A stretch of DNA of 64,000 nt from Octopus sinensis (GCF_006345805.1 NC_043010.1:62001-126000); one strand, 5' to 3'; counted from the stretch's first letter, positions 1 through 13,045 are shown. A program made the numbers and translations. The notes: generated by a model from the letters alone, not told the origin.

Positions 1-407
1 AAGGACAGAGTCAAAGGCGAGAAGTTGAATATTTATCAACACTGACCTACATGAGGTAGAAGTTTTTCAAAGACGCGACAGGCAAGGAAAGTGTCCACTG
101 CCATCACAATAGATATTTGCCGTATTCCCACTGTCCGGATGCATACCACTGGCTCTGCTTGAGTCTAACCATTCAAGAATTATGAAGAAACATTAACGCG
201 ACTCAACGAAAGTTAAATGAATAAATTGACTACAATATGACGAGGAAAACAGTAATCATTGATTTTATAGGACAAATTGTGAAGAGCTTCCGCCAGCCTA
301 AGGACTAACGCATTGATATGGAATTAGTTGGCGCACTAGTGCCATTACCTGCCAGGCGAATCTAATATGACGGTCTTCATTGCTAAATACGTTCCTCAAA
401 TGTACTT

Positions 408-1225
408 CTTAATCCTTTTTGCCCCATCTGGAGCATAGGGCCTCAACAGTTGTTTTCCACTTTTTGCGGTCATTGGCGTTTCTTGGCTGCTTCCCATGTC
501 AGGCCGGTGGTCCTGAGCTCGTCCAAAATGCTCCGCTTCCATGTCAGCTTCGGGCATCCTCGCTTCATGTTTCCCCTGCGGGTTCCAGTCAAGTGCTTGT
601 CGTGTCACATTTGAGAGTTCTTTCCGCAGTGTGTGTCCGATCCATATCCATTTCCTTTGTCTAATCTGAACATGTATGGGCTCCTGGTTGGCCCATTCCC
701 ACAGGTTGATGTTTGACACTCAGATGAAGGATCTGCCGGAGACATTTGTGGATGAAGGTCTGGATCTTCTTGTAGTTGCCGCAGGTGGCTCTCCCTGTTT
801 CAGAGCCATACAAAAGCACGTATTTTACGTTTTAACTAAATAAGCAGAGTTTAGTTCGAGTTGAGATGGTAGTGGACTTCCATACCGGCCGAAGAATAGC
901 GAAGGCTTGCCAAGCCTTCTTGCCGTGATGTCCTCGTCTGATCCACCTGATTTGCTGATCTTGCTGCCAAGATAGACAAACTCACTAACATCCTCCACAG
1001 GTTCCCCCTCGATTGTGATTGGTTCTTCCTGCTTGTTGTTGATACGCTGCACTTTTGTCTTTTCCCGGCTGATCCTCAAGCCCACTCACCGTGAAGTTTC
1101 TGTCAGGTGGTCTACCTTATCTTGCATGTCTTGCAGGCGATGTGACAGTAGTGCGAGATCATCTACGTAGTCCAAGTCCTCCTACTTGTTCATCAGTGTC
1201 CACTGAATACCTTTCATTGCCTTTC
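408..1225 (-). mobile_element. 5'-truncated RTE-clade LINE 3' fragment (RT C-terminus and 3' end), degenerate
   Basis: Minus strand reads GIQWTL..EDLDYVDDLALLSH..GLRISREKTKV..VYLGS..IRQRKWIWIGHTLRK..QALDWNPQG with stops and frameshifts; it ends in an RTE-like tail ggccctatgctcc..ggattaag. Confidence 0.85.
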
Positions 1226-1239
1226 TATTTTCTTTGTAG

Positions 1240-1628
1240 CTGTTGGTTATCCGCACCACATTTCTATGCTGCTTTCCTGGTTCCTGTTGCGATCAGTCTC
1301 ATCTTCAACATTATCATGCCTTCTCTCGTTATCTGGCACCTTATAATGATGCAAAGTAATAAGAGATCTCAGCAGAAAAGAAGTAAAGTACGTGTTTTGG
1401 GCCTGGTTGGTTTGCTGTTTTTGTTTGGACTCACATGGGTCTTTGCCTTCTTCGCTGTTAGCGAAGCAGCAAAAGTGTTTGTGTATCTTTTTACTATATT
1501 CAATACACTTCAAGGAATGTTTATCTTCATATTCTATTGTATATACAAGAAAGATACCAGAGATGTCTTCAGGGGGTTTGTAAATGAAAGTAAGAGAATG
1601 AATCAGTGGAAAATTACCGACGGCAGAA
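1240..1628 (+). CDS. Adhesion GPCR (7tm_2) exon: ECL2 CWL, TM5-TM7 and start of the C-tail
   Basis: Acceptor ttttctttgtag|c (AG 1238-1239) and donor aga a|gtaagt (1629). Translation CWLSAPHFYAAFLVPVAISLIFNII...LLFLFGLTWVFAFFAV...YLFTIFNTLQGMFIFIFYCIYKKD carries the aGPCR motifs CWL, LFGLTW and NTLQG.FIF. Confidence 0.92.
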
Positions 1629-1666
1629 GTAAGTGCGATTGTCTTTTTTTCTTCATTCATTCATAA

Positions 1667-1703
1667 TAGGTAGATAGAGACAGAGATAGATAGACAGACA
1701 AAC

Positions 1704-1784
<81 letters not shown>

Positions 1785-1789
1785 TATAA
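1667..1789. repeat. (GATA)n microsatellite
   Basis: Direct tandem repeat, visible in the sequence. Confidence 0.97.
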
Positions 1790-2104
1790 CTTTCTTTCTT
1801 TCTTTCTTTTATTAGCCACACAGGGCTGAATACAGAGGGGACAAATACAAATGCAGAGCTTTTCTTTTCGAGGGTGGAAAAAAAAGAAAATAAATGTAAG
1901 ATTGCGACCAAAAGGGATCGAGAGGAGGAAAAAAAAGAAAAGAAATCGTGTATCACAGAAATAATGATAAAAACATTGATAAAACAAGATTGGGTTCATC
2001 CGTGGGAAGAAAAGCCTACAGAAAAGACCACGGGAACCTCAGTCAGGGAGGAAATAACCACATGAGATCAAAATGCTCTCTTTCTTTCTTTTTTACGATC
2101 TACA

Positions 2105-5100
2105 GGATCATGCTCAAAATGGTTTCGTCACTCGCACGCACCATCTTTTTTGAATCTTTCGCGAGACAAAACTTCCCACTGCATTCTCACCTTCCTTTTC
2201 AAGTGGTACTTGAAAAAGTTGATGAGCGATTGGCCAGAGAGGTAAGTGTTTGTCTCTAATCCTTTCGCTCGGGTCCACCACACGCATTCTTTCACCATGG
2301 CCACCAGTACGATGAAAACTGCCTTGCCTTCCCGGTTGAGGGAAGGGGGCGGAGCAATTCTCACGATAGACCCGGCCGATAGGCGGATTCGTCCCACACG
2401 TGACAGCAGCCGTTCGGCATAAGCCCACAGGTCTGAAATGGTTGGACATTGCACGAGTGCGTGCAGAACGGTTTCGTCGCTCTGACCGCATCTCGGGTAA
2501 GTCGGTCCAGTGTGTCTGGAACCGTGTCTGTAGAGCTTATCCCGAACAGGTAATGCTTCTCGATAGCACTGCCAGGCCAGGGATCTTTGGTGATTGTTCA
2601 TAGGTCCCGGCCCGAAAGTTGTCCTGAACAGGCGGGTCAGGTGTTCCTCGTCGACGCCCAGACTCTGCCCGAGTTCATCGTCGCACCTCCCCTCCACTAA
2701 TCCTCTATAGAATGCCTTTGTTGTGATGGAGTCGCACAAGTTCGATCCCGGACGGCAGAGTTGCTTGAGAGCAACGCGACACTCGCGGTGCCATTCGCCT
2801 AGCCTCGGTCTCTGCTTGATCCATGACTGTAGTTCGTCCAAGGAGACGAGCTGCGGGAAAGCGCGCCGCACAAAAGGCGACCACACCTGTTCACCGTTGT
2901 CTATGAAGCGCCGGAGATGTCGCAGTCTCAGCGCATGTCTGCGCATCATCAACCACGGCATGCCCAGCCCTCCATTTAGCGGGTGTTGACAGCAAATGGA
3001 TCGCCTAACCATCGGAACGTTTCCCTTCCACAAGAAGCGGAAGAGTATACGTTCCAGTTTGGTGATGGTAGGGTCGGGACAAGGCACGACGGTCAGACGA
3101 TACTCGATGACGGATGCGATGTACGCATTCGCCACCTCCGCCCGACCTTTTAGGGATAGCTTTCTCTCAGCCTATTTCTGGGTGAGAGTAGCCACCCTAG
3201 TCGTTATCTCGCCCCAGTTCTTCTCCATTTGGAGGTCCGGACCGAACCAGACCCCGAGCAATTTAACCGGTCCGTCCGTCCAGCGTCCCACGATGGAGAC
3301 GCTGTTGGACGGCATGGGCCTGCTTCTCCAGGTGCCGAGCCGCAAGCCCACTGACTTTTCCCGGTTAATTTTTGCTCCCGTTACCGCTTCGTATTCTTTT
3401 AATGTCTCGCCGACCAGCTCGATGTGCTCGTAGCTCGACACTATGACGGTGACGTCATCCGCGTATGCAGACACGCTCCTCCCGCATCCCAGCTCTCGTG
3501 GGATGCCCCTCAGCGTCGCCAGTTTCCGCAGTAGTGGCTCAAGAGTCAATACATACAACAGCGATGAGAGGGGGCATCCCTGACGAACCGAACGCATGAT
3601 GTTAAAAGGTCTGGATAGATGACCATTTACGCGAACCACTGAGCGGATGCCGCTGTATAAGGCAGCGATCCAACCGCGGAAAACTGGACCGAAACCAGCC
3701 GCTTTAAGGACAGCCTCCAAGTAGTGATGGTCTACCCTATCGAAAGCTTTTGATTGATCCAAATTTATCAGCGCCCCACCCATGCCAGGATTCTTAATTA
3801 CCCTGTCTATGATGTAGCGCATCAGATGGAGGTTGTCATGAATACTTCTACCCGGCACGGCGCATGTTTGCGCCTTGTCGATTAGTTTCTTGATGACAAG
3901 CGCCAACCTCTCGGCTAACACCTTGGCCAAAATTTTCAAATCTGCGTTGAGCAGAGTGATGGACCTGAAATTATCTATGACGTCCCCCTTGTTTGGGTCT
4001 TTCTTAATCAGTGCCACTGCTCCTCGCTTTACAAAAGCAGGAATACTCCCGTTTTGCTGCCAGTCGCAGTAGACAGCTGCCAAGACGCCTCCAAACAAGT
4101 CTGGCATATGAAAATAAAGTTCGTAGGGCAGACCATCCAAGCCTGGTGACTTGTCTCTCGCACAGCCTACCATCGCATCCTGTACGTCCGCAGCTGTGAT
4201 AGGCCTTTCACAAGACTCCACCTCTCTTGATGAGAGTCGTGGCAAGGCATGCAGGTAGGCACTAAAGTCCACTCTGCCTTCTGACCCACCACTTGTCCCA
4301 AACAGTTGGGTGAAGTGTTGTTGAAAAGCTCCACACATCCTTTTAGGCTCGAGCAATTCGTGCCCCTGTTCATCTATAAGAGACTTGATGGTGGCTCTGT
4401 TGCTTCGTTGCGTCTCCACCACTCGGGCCTCTTGGCCGGCTCCAACTCCTTCGTTCCTCAGAGCACGCATCCTAGCTCTGACAACGCATCCCTCGTGTTT
4501 GGCGTTGAGGTGTTGGTCGAGGGCCAATCTCGCCGCCAGCACGTTGAACGCGATGCCAGTTCTAAGTGCCTCTTCTAAAACCTTAACTAATTCTCCCTCT
4601 ATTCTATTTCGGTCTAATGCAAGGGCTTTACTGTATCTGACTGATTCTGCTTTAATTGCTTTTTTTAGGGCATACCACCATCTGTTGTTGATGATGGTAC
4701 CCGTCAAAGCTCTCTTAACTAATGTGCTGATCCGGTCCCTGTAAACCTGTCGTGCTGTAAAAGACAGTTTCCAGTAACCAGGACCCTGCCTATGTGTCTT
4801 ATCTAAGTCAAGTGTACAAGTCACAAACTTGTGATCTGTGTAACTGACTATATGAAATTGTGGACAACCTACACTATTTTTATCTATTGTCCTACAGAAT
4901 ACTCAATCTAAGTATGATCTGGATGACCCGATGCGGTTACTCCATGTCCACATTGGCACATTCGGGTGGCCCAGTCGGTACCTGTCAGACAGTTGGAAAC
5001 GTCTGAGCAGGTCTTTGAGGCATTTGCATCCCCTTCTATTGCTATCTATGCCCACGTAGTCTAGATGCGTGTCCAGGGTGGCATTCCAATCCCCCACTAA

Positions 5101-5511
5101 AAGTAAAGGACGAGACGTTCCCATGGAAGACTCTAGACGTCGAAAGAAATCTGGTCGGCCTGTTAAGGACGGAGCATAAACTGCTATCAGTCGAAAAGCA
5201 CACTCATTGCTGCCATCGACATCCAAAACGACCAGCCTACCCTCTGGGTCTAGGAAAATTGCTCTTACTTTGAGATCCAGACTCTTCCGGAGAAGCACCG
5301 CGGTGCCACCTCCGCCCATTCTCGGTAGACACGGAGAAAAATAAATGTTGAAATGTGTACCGAAACTGTGCTGGAGTGCCCGCAAGCTGTGGAGTCTGGT
5401 CTCACTGATGGCTATGATATTCAGATTTAGTGACTTGATGTCATTTAACAGGTAGCCTTGTTTCCAAGGCGACCCCAAGCCACGTACATTTATACTGCCT
5501 CTTCTGAGCAT
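2105..5511 (-). pseudogene. Tx1 ORF2 (APE endonuclease, reverse transcriptase, C-terminal CCHC) with two in-frame stops and a terminal frameshift
   Basis: ORFs 4903-5511 (SINVRGL, ISETR, GDWNATL), 3172-4824 (KSPGLDG, DQSKAFDRV, RQGCPLS, YADD) and 2128-3135 (PRCG..ETVLHALVQC) share one frame. The stops are YLD*VF (TGA, probably from CGA) and QK*AE (TAG, probably from TGG). Confidence 0.92.
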
Positions 5512-5579
5512 GTTCCGATAAAAAATTGTGTTTTACACACGAAAAGAAAGTGCAAAAAGGGAAAGAGAGAGAGAAAAGG

Positions 5580-7655
5580 TTACTTGTTGTTCGAAAGTCC
5601 TTTGTTTTTCACCTCACAGTCTTCTTCTATGAGGTTTTTGTATAGTTTCTTTGATGAATACTTTTGAAATCTCCCTACTGCATCAGGGTAAAGAGATTTC
5701 AGGGTGCTGTATGTGTTCTGTGTTACGTGTATTATTTTAATGTGTTGTGGTGGTGTTGTGCGTGGGTGGTTACTTGTTTTTATGTCGTTTTCAGTTATAT
5801 TGGTGTTTGACCTAATGTGTTCCATTAGGTCGTGGTTGTTTGTGTTTATGGCTGTCAACATTGTTGGGGGTTTGATGATGGTGTGTTTATGTTGATGTGT
5901 TTGTTTTCTGTGGATGTTTTTGTTTCGGGAGTGGTGAATCTTCCTGCTTTGTTTGTTATCTTTTCTTTTCTTGTTTTCCCCTTTTTCTTCTCCCCCCTGT
6001 GGCTATTTGCCAATCTTCTGTGTCTTCTTCGTCTAATGACAAATCAGAAGAATCAGAGCCTGGAAGAGGGAAAATATTGGGGTCTATTGTAGACTGTGTT
6101 GATTTTGTTGTTGGTGTTGGTTGGTGAGCATTAGGTTGTGGTGTATGCGGTTTTGGAGGTGAGGTGTGGGTATTTTGTGTTGAGTATTGTTGTGTTGTTT
6201 GGGGTGTCAAATTTGTGGGGATTTGGAGTAGTAATTGTTTCTTCATTTTCGATGAGTGTCTTTTTGGCAGATGTCCTTGGTTTGGGAGTTGGTTTATTCT
6301 TGGTTGTTGTTGTTGGTGGTGTTGCTTCTGTTCTTGGTGCAGTTGGTGTGGTTGTTTGGTTGGTGAGGTTTGTTTTTTGTTGATTTTCTGTGATTAGTCC
6401 TGTTCGTGCAAAACGTGGTGTGGGTAGTAAACCTGGTTTATTTGTTTTTTCCGGCTGCTGTTGTTGTTGCTGTTGTTTTCTTGCGGCAGATTTGCAATCT
6501 TTTTTTAGGTGTTGCATATGTAGCAACGTGGTCTTCTGCCATCGACGACCACATACAACTTGTGGTCTTCTGATACACATATCTGGGTGGGTATTTTATT
6601 TATGTCCTCTTGGTTTGTATGTAGTAGAAATTCTACTTTTTTTCCCACCCAGTTTTTGTGCTCCGTGACCGTAGTTTGTAAAATTGTGAAATTTTCCATT
6701 TTCACACATAAGGCCTTTACTAGCCATAGATTGTTAGCTATTTTTGGGACATTGTTTAAAGTGATCTTAGTCACTTTCTGTCCACGAGAGCTTGGTGTTA
6801 GTTGAAGTTCATCTGAATGAAGAGTTAGCGTTGAGAAACGTCTTGCTAACTCTTCAGTGTGGAAGACCACTTGTATGTGTGCGAACTTGTTCCACCAGGT
6901 CACATACTCTTTGTAGTTCCAGATGGGTTTCAAGCATTTTTCTATTTTGCTTGTGTTAGCCTTCTCTGGACTTTTTGTTTTCTTATTAATTATTTTATAT
7001 ATAATTGTTCTTTTTTTTTCATCTTCTAATATTTCTTGTGGTATGTTTATTTTTACTATACCATCTACTTCCGTTATTAAAATGTTCGTGTCTTTTATTT
7101 GTTGTGCAGTAAAATATACTTTTGTCCTTTTTCTTTTATCGCCTCGGCGAAATTTGTTGTTGTTTTGTTATTGTTGTTGCTGGTGGTGATGTTGTTGTTG
7201 GCTGCATTTGGTAAAATCGGTGTATTTGGTTTGATTGTGCAAGTAGGAAGGGGTGGAAAATTACTTGCATAGTTTATCCCTGTATTCAAGCAGCTTTTGT
7301 CAATTTGTTTGGCGGTCACAGTCTTTTGTTTATTTCCTTCAGTTCTTGTTGTTGGAGGAGACAAGGTCTGAACGGGATTGTTGTTGTTGTTATTGTTGTT
7401 TTTGTTGTTGGCGGTGGTGTCAGTGACAGAAGAGACAGCCGTGGCAGCAGATGTCGAAATGGTGGCGCAAATGTTATTATTCTTGTTGTCATTGTTATTG
7501 TTGTTGTTGTTGGTAGTTAAGGTAGTGGATGAGGTGGCGGTGGTGGTGGTGGTGGAGGCGGTGGTGGTAGCAGTAGTAGTCTTGTTGTTGTTGTTGTTGT
7601 TAGTGGTGGTGGTGACAGTGCTGTTATCGCAAGTGGTTGCAGCGTTCACTGCCAT
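5580..7655 (-). pseudogene. Tx1 ORF1, frameshifted, with low-complexity N/T-rich N-terminus and CCHC zinc knuckle
   Basis: Fragments 7095-7655, 6505-6933 (..YVVVDGRRPRCYICNT), 6131-6580 (HLKKDC) and 5580-5861 lie immediately upstream of ORF2. Confidence 0.7.
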
Positions 7656-7997
7656 GTCATTTAGGTTTGCACTTTCCGTGCATGAGTTCTTTTTTCTTCT
7701 CCTAGCGTTTCCAGACTAGGAGAATGTTGGTCGATAAAGGAACGCGACCAGCGTTCTACAATACAATTTCTCGACATTTTCGAAAGGTCGAGAAAAAATT
7801 ACACAAATTAAATAGGGTTGAAACTGCCCCTAGGGGCGAATTCCTCCCTTGGAAAAGCACTCAAATGAAAGCTGGGTGCCTTACACACCTTATTTACAAA
7901 AATATACACAAAAATTGGGCTATAAATAGTCAAAATAAACGATTACCTTCGGAGCCGAAGTGACAGCACGTCCGTAGATATATAGATAGATATATAT

Positions 7998-8092
7998 GTT
8001 TCTTTATTAGCCACACAGGGCTGCACACAGATAGAACAAATTACAAGGTAGAGCTTTTTTTGAAGGTTTAAAAAAAAAAAAAAAATTAAAAT

Positions 8093-8123
<31 letters not shown>

Positions 8124-9421
8124 TTTTTTTAAAAAATAGAAAGGGGGTCGATCAAAAGGGATCGTAAAAGAGAGAAAGAGGAAAAAAAGGGGGGGTTAAA
8201 AAAAGGGGAGAGGATAAAAAAAAAAAATTGATCAATAGGGATCGTTATCACAGAAATGTCAATATGAAGTGTAAAGAGGAGACAGGTGAGGTTTACCCGT
8301 GGAAAGAAAAGCCTACGGAAAAGACCACGGTAACCTCGGTCAATGAAGTCACATGTTATATTTCTTTTTTTTTTTTGCAAATAAGCAACTCTCTGTATTA
8401 ATTTTACGGTTCATAGAATCATAGTCAAGGTGGCTTCGTCATTCATACGTGCCATCCTTGCTACATTCACCCATCTTTTTTTAAAACATTCACTAGACAA
8501 AACTTGCCTCTCTACCTCACTTTTTCTTCAAGTGATACTTGAAGAAGTTGATGAGAGATTGACCAGAGAGGAAAGTGTTTGTCTAATCCTTTCAGACGCG
8601 TCCACCAGATACATTCTTTCGCCATAGCCACAAGTATGATAAAAATAGCTCTTCCTTCCCGTTTGAAGGAAGGAGGCGTGACGATATAACGATAGACTCG
8701 GCTGATAAACCGACACGTCCCACACGTGACAGCAGTCGTTCGACATAAGCCCACAGGTGGGAAATTGCTGGACACTGCACGATTGCGTGCAGAGCGGTTT
8801 CGTCGCTCTGCCCGCATCTCGGGCAGGTCGGCCCCGTGTTTCTCGAGCCATGCCTATAGAGCTTATCCCGAAAGGGGTAGCGCTTCTCGGTAGCACCGCC
8901 AGGCAGGGATCTCTGGAAGTGTCCATAGGTCCCGGGCCGAAAGTCGTTTGAAACAGGCGGGTCAGGTATCCTCGTCGACGCCCAGGTTTGCCCCGAGCTC
9001 GTCGTCGTACCTCCCCTCCACTAATCCCCTATAGAATGCTTGGTTGTGTTGAAGTCACTCAAGGTCGACCCAGGACGGCAGAGTTGCTTGAGAGCAACGC
9101 GACACTCGCGGTGCCATTCGCCTTCTTCGGCCTCTTTTTGATCCACGACTGTAGTTCGGTCATGGAATGAGTTGCGGGAATTGCGTGCCTCACAAACGGC
9201 GACCACACCTGTTCACCGTCGTCTACATAGAGCCGGAGATGTCGCAGTCTCAGCGCGTGTCTGCGCATCATCAACCACGGCATGCCCAGCCCTCCTTTTA
9301 ACGGGTGTTGACAGCAAATGGATCGCCTGACCATCGGGACGCATCCTTTCCACAAGAAGCGGAAGAGGATGCGTTCTAGTTTGGTGATGGTAGGGTCGGG
9401 ACAAGGTACGACGGTCAGGCG
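7998..9421 (-). mobile_element. 5'-truncated Tx1 LINE of a related subfamily (3' 1.4 kb)
   Basis: Peptide RLTVVPCPDPTITKLERILFRFLWKG..QHPLKGGLGMPWL matches copy 1. It has the same 3' tail, ccctgtgtggctaataaag, and TA/GATA repeats on both sides. Confidence 0.9.
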
Positions 9422-9870
<449 letters not shown>

Positions 9871-10258
9871 GGGTGAGTGGACAAATGAAGAAATTTGAAT
9901 GCACTTTGATGTATTTAATATGGCAACATATCAAACTGTTTTTCACACATATTTAAACTTCACAATCCACTCATTCACACTTCTGCGCGACAGAGTTTTA
10001 TACAAGTATTGTGATGAGCCTGCAACGGATTTCAGCCCCTGTCACACCTTCAGACTAGACAAACCTAATCACTGATCACTGTTCTTCTTTGGTGCACTCA
10101 GCCAGAAAGAAAACTGGAGCGATCACAGTCAACTCTCGGTTACGTAACTACAAGAGAACCACATTTTTAGCACATGGATCACAAGGTGGTGCAGCCAAAT
10201 GAGGAGAGTTTTAGCGAAATTGCGGATTATTATGTGTACGTATGGATGAATATACAGG

Positions 10259-10289
<31 letters not shown>

Positions 10290-10367
10290 AAGAAAGAAAC
10301 AAAGAAAGGGGAGTAAGAAGTGGGTAAAATTATATAGATATACAAACACACATATATATATATACAT

Positions 10368-10430
<63 letters not shown>

Positions 10431-10596
10431 ACGTGATGCATATATGCCATTTGAATATGGCTAACCCAAAAGGGTGGATGCTACTGTAGTTTGTAGCCCC
10501 AGGAAGACACCTCCTCCCGCTGGCTATAGACACACTATCTGTGTCCTGTCAGTATTTGTGAAGGGGAGTCATCCTCCCCGTCTTCAATACATGATA

Positions 10597-10641
10597 CACA
10601 CGTACCCGAGTTTCAAGGTGTTTACCTTTCATCAGCGTGTG
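10597..10641 (-). ncRNA. Type I minimal hammerhead ribozyme
   Basis: Reverse-complement copy of the motif at 10901-10945; the core is identical. Confidence 0.8.
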
Positions 10642-10900
10642 ACAATCATGGTTGTCGACGAGAAGTCAGATTCCTTCACAAATACATACTTTTTCCATTG
10701 TCGATATGACACTGATATTGAAAAAGTGAAATCAAACAATGATAAATCTCAGAGCGAGTTATAAACAGTAGCGGTAACACAACGTGATGCATATATGCCA
10801 TTTGAATATGGCTAACCCAAAAGGGTGGATGCTACTGTAGTTTGTAGCCCCAGGAAGACACCTCCTCGGAATCTGACTTCTCGTCGACAACCATGATTAT

Positions 10901-10945
10901 CACACGCTGATGAAAGGTAAACACCTTGAAACTCGGGTACGTGTG
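10901..10945 (+). ncRNA. Type I minimal hammerhead ribozyme
   Basis: cacacg CTGATGA aaggt-aaac-acctt GAAA c-tcgg-g TA cgtgtg: 6-bp stem I, 5-bp stem II, 2-bp stem III, GUA cleavage triplet ending at 10939. Confidence 0.82.
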
Positions 10946-11708
10946 TATCATGTGTTGAAGACGGGGAGGATGACTCCCCTTCACAAATACTGATAGGACA
11001 CAGATAGTGTGTCTATAGCCAGCGGGAGGAGGTGTCTTCCTGGGGCTACAAACTACAGTAGCATCCACCCTTTTGGGTTAGCCATATTCAAATGGCATAT
11101 ATGCATCACGTTGTGTTACCGCTACTGTTTATAACTCGCTCTGAGATTTATCATTATATATATATAATTATGCATATATATGTTTCTAGTTATATATTCT
11201 CATATCTGTATGAGTCAAAGTATTTTGGTTCAAATTCGTAGGAACTCAGAGTTTCAAAGTGTGATGTTAATTCTCAGCCATTGGAAATTTGATGTTACTG
11301 CAAACTACATTCATACACTTAGTCAGTACGACTGACAAAGAAACATCTTATATATTTTGGTAGCGAAATCTTTGGGTAATATACAAAGGTATCACCTAAA
11401 AGCATTTTCCAGAACGATATAACTAAAATGTATCTAAATCTAATCCAACATGTACATATAACATTATCAACGACAATTCACGTGTATTTGCAGCAAATGT
11501 TGCAGGTCCGAAATACAGACATTTCAACGTTGCAAATATTGAATTGGGAATAGAGAGCAAAAGAATTCTAGAAGATATGAACGCCAGAATAAGATATGCG
11601 ACAGAATTAATGCAAAGGAACTAAAAGCCATCCGTTATAGACACGTTTAACGATATAGACAAGTTTAGCAATATAATATCTTATATAGTTTTCTCATTGT
11701 GTTTCCAG

Positions 11709-11761
11709 GTTCAAGTTCTGTTAATGAAATAATGGACAAAGCAACAGAAACAAACTTATAA
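11709..11761 (+). CDS. Putative terminal coding exon of the + strand adhesion GPCR (..SSSVNEIMDKATETNL*)
   Basis: Acceptor ttttctcattgtgtttccag|g, in phase with the phase-1 donor at 1628. It ends in a class I PDZ-like ETNL. A same-length paralog lies at 28513-28565. Confidence 0.75.
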
Positions 11762-12964
11762 GTAAAAATCGAAAAAGCGCCTCCAAGAGTCATGTTTGAT
11801 AATATTTTACATGTTAAAATAATATCTTTGTCATATATATAATATTACATATATTTCCTGGTAAAAAAAACTATATCTGTACCTTCTTATACAACACTTT
11901 GTAATCTAAACAAGTTTCAGGGCCCCACTATTGCTTGAAACAGAGGAAAATAGAAAATGTTGATTGATTTGAAAATATATTAATATTTTTTTTCTTATTG
12001 CCAATTTAATGTTATCAATGTAAGATTTAAATTTGTTAAATAAAGGGTTAAATATGACGTGTTGCTACTTTCGTTTTTGTTTTAGATGAAATACTGTAAT
12101 ACTGCCGTCTGAGTTCAAATACCGCCTGGAGAGACTGATTTTATCAGTTATTTTAAACATTTCACAAAAAAGTTTAAAATATACTAGCTGTATCTTGCTG
12201 ATTAGTTTTATAATTATTTATCTAATTAGCTTTATCAGGTCTTGCAACTGTCATTAATCCAGCAATGAACTTAATCCAGTAATTAACATTTCACAAACAG
12301 CTACATTCCAATAAAAAAACTAAGTATTTCTGGTTTTTCACATTCATGTTTACTTTCATTCGATAGACGTAACATAAACACTTGACTGCGCATGTCTGTA
12401 TGTCTACATTGATATATTTTCTAAGTTAAGTTCTCTGCCTGATCTACAGGCTCATTAGGCCCCAGAATATCCCGGTATCCAATGTATTTCAACACACAAC
12501 GATACAAGACACCCCACCGAACGAGATGCTAGTCTGTCGCAAGTTTAACCCTCGGTTGTTGGTGGTACTTCTTTTCAGATGAGTGCACTGGAAGTGTCTT
12601 TCTCGTAGACACAACACACCGAACCAATAGTCTATGCGCCAATATATATATAAGTAGGAGCCACTTCATACTGTAAACAGGTTCACCACACACTATATAC
12701 AATCCTCTATTGAAAAAATCTATAGTAGCCGCCATGACATTTCCCCTTTGTTTCTTACTTTCTGGCATCACAACCATTCCAGCAAACTTTAGCATCCAGA
12801 ACTCCCAAAAGGGAAGGTAAAAAAGTATCTTTACATCTATCGTTTTCTTTTGGCATCTTACGATATGATAATTCAAAAGAATGAATCGGGTTAGAATTAC
12901 TAGTTATAGAAATTTCTTTTAATTCAAGCTTCACATTCTTATTTACTTTGTAATATATAGGGAT

Positions 12965-13042
12965 GGGCCGCTTACCTTAATGGTAGAGCACTCAGCCGGA
13001 ATCCTAGGGATACGGGTTCGTGTGCCGTATCCACTTTCCGGC

Positions 13043-13045
<3 letters not shown>
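12965..13045 (+). repeat. tRNA-like SINE head or tRNA-derived relic
   Basis: A-box-like taatggtagagc and B-box-like ggttcg. A related sequence (gagggatacgggttcg) occurs on the minus strand near 23520-23570. Confidence 0.45.

Larger units (their letters stand above)
1790..7970 (-). mobile_element. Near full-length Tx1/L1-clade LINE (ORF1 plus APE-RT ORF2), about 6.2 kb
   Basis: Contains ORF1 with a zinc knuckle and ORF2 with APE/RT/CCHC. The 3' end has AATAAA then (AAAG)n running into (TATC)n. The 5' boundary is inferred from the next TA/GATA patch near 7975. Confidence 0.88.
10430..11155. mobile_element. Hammerhead-bearing small retroelement (Penelope pLTR or retrozyme-like) with tandem plus inverted duplication
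   Basis: Layout A(10430-10516) B(10517-10674) C D(10738-10780) A(10781-10867), then inverted B'(10868-11025) A'(11026-11112) D'(11113-11155). Flanked by (TA)n. Confidence 0.7.

Noticed and set aside
1160-1197. CTGATGA followed by a hairpin on the minus strand (also similar hits near 18965, 22125, 24375, 33405)
   Set aside because: These lie inside TE coding sequence and lack a correctly placed GAAA, stem III and stem I.
11490-11622. Alternative phase-1 terminal exon (..GPKYRHFNVANIELG..MQRN*)
   Set aside because: The frame is open, but there is no paralog support and the acceptor is weaker than at 11709.
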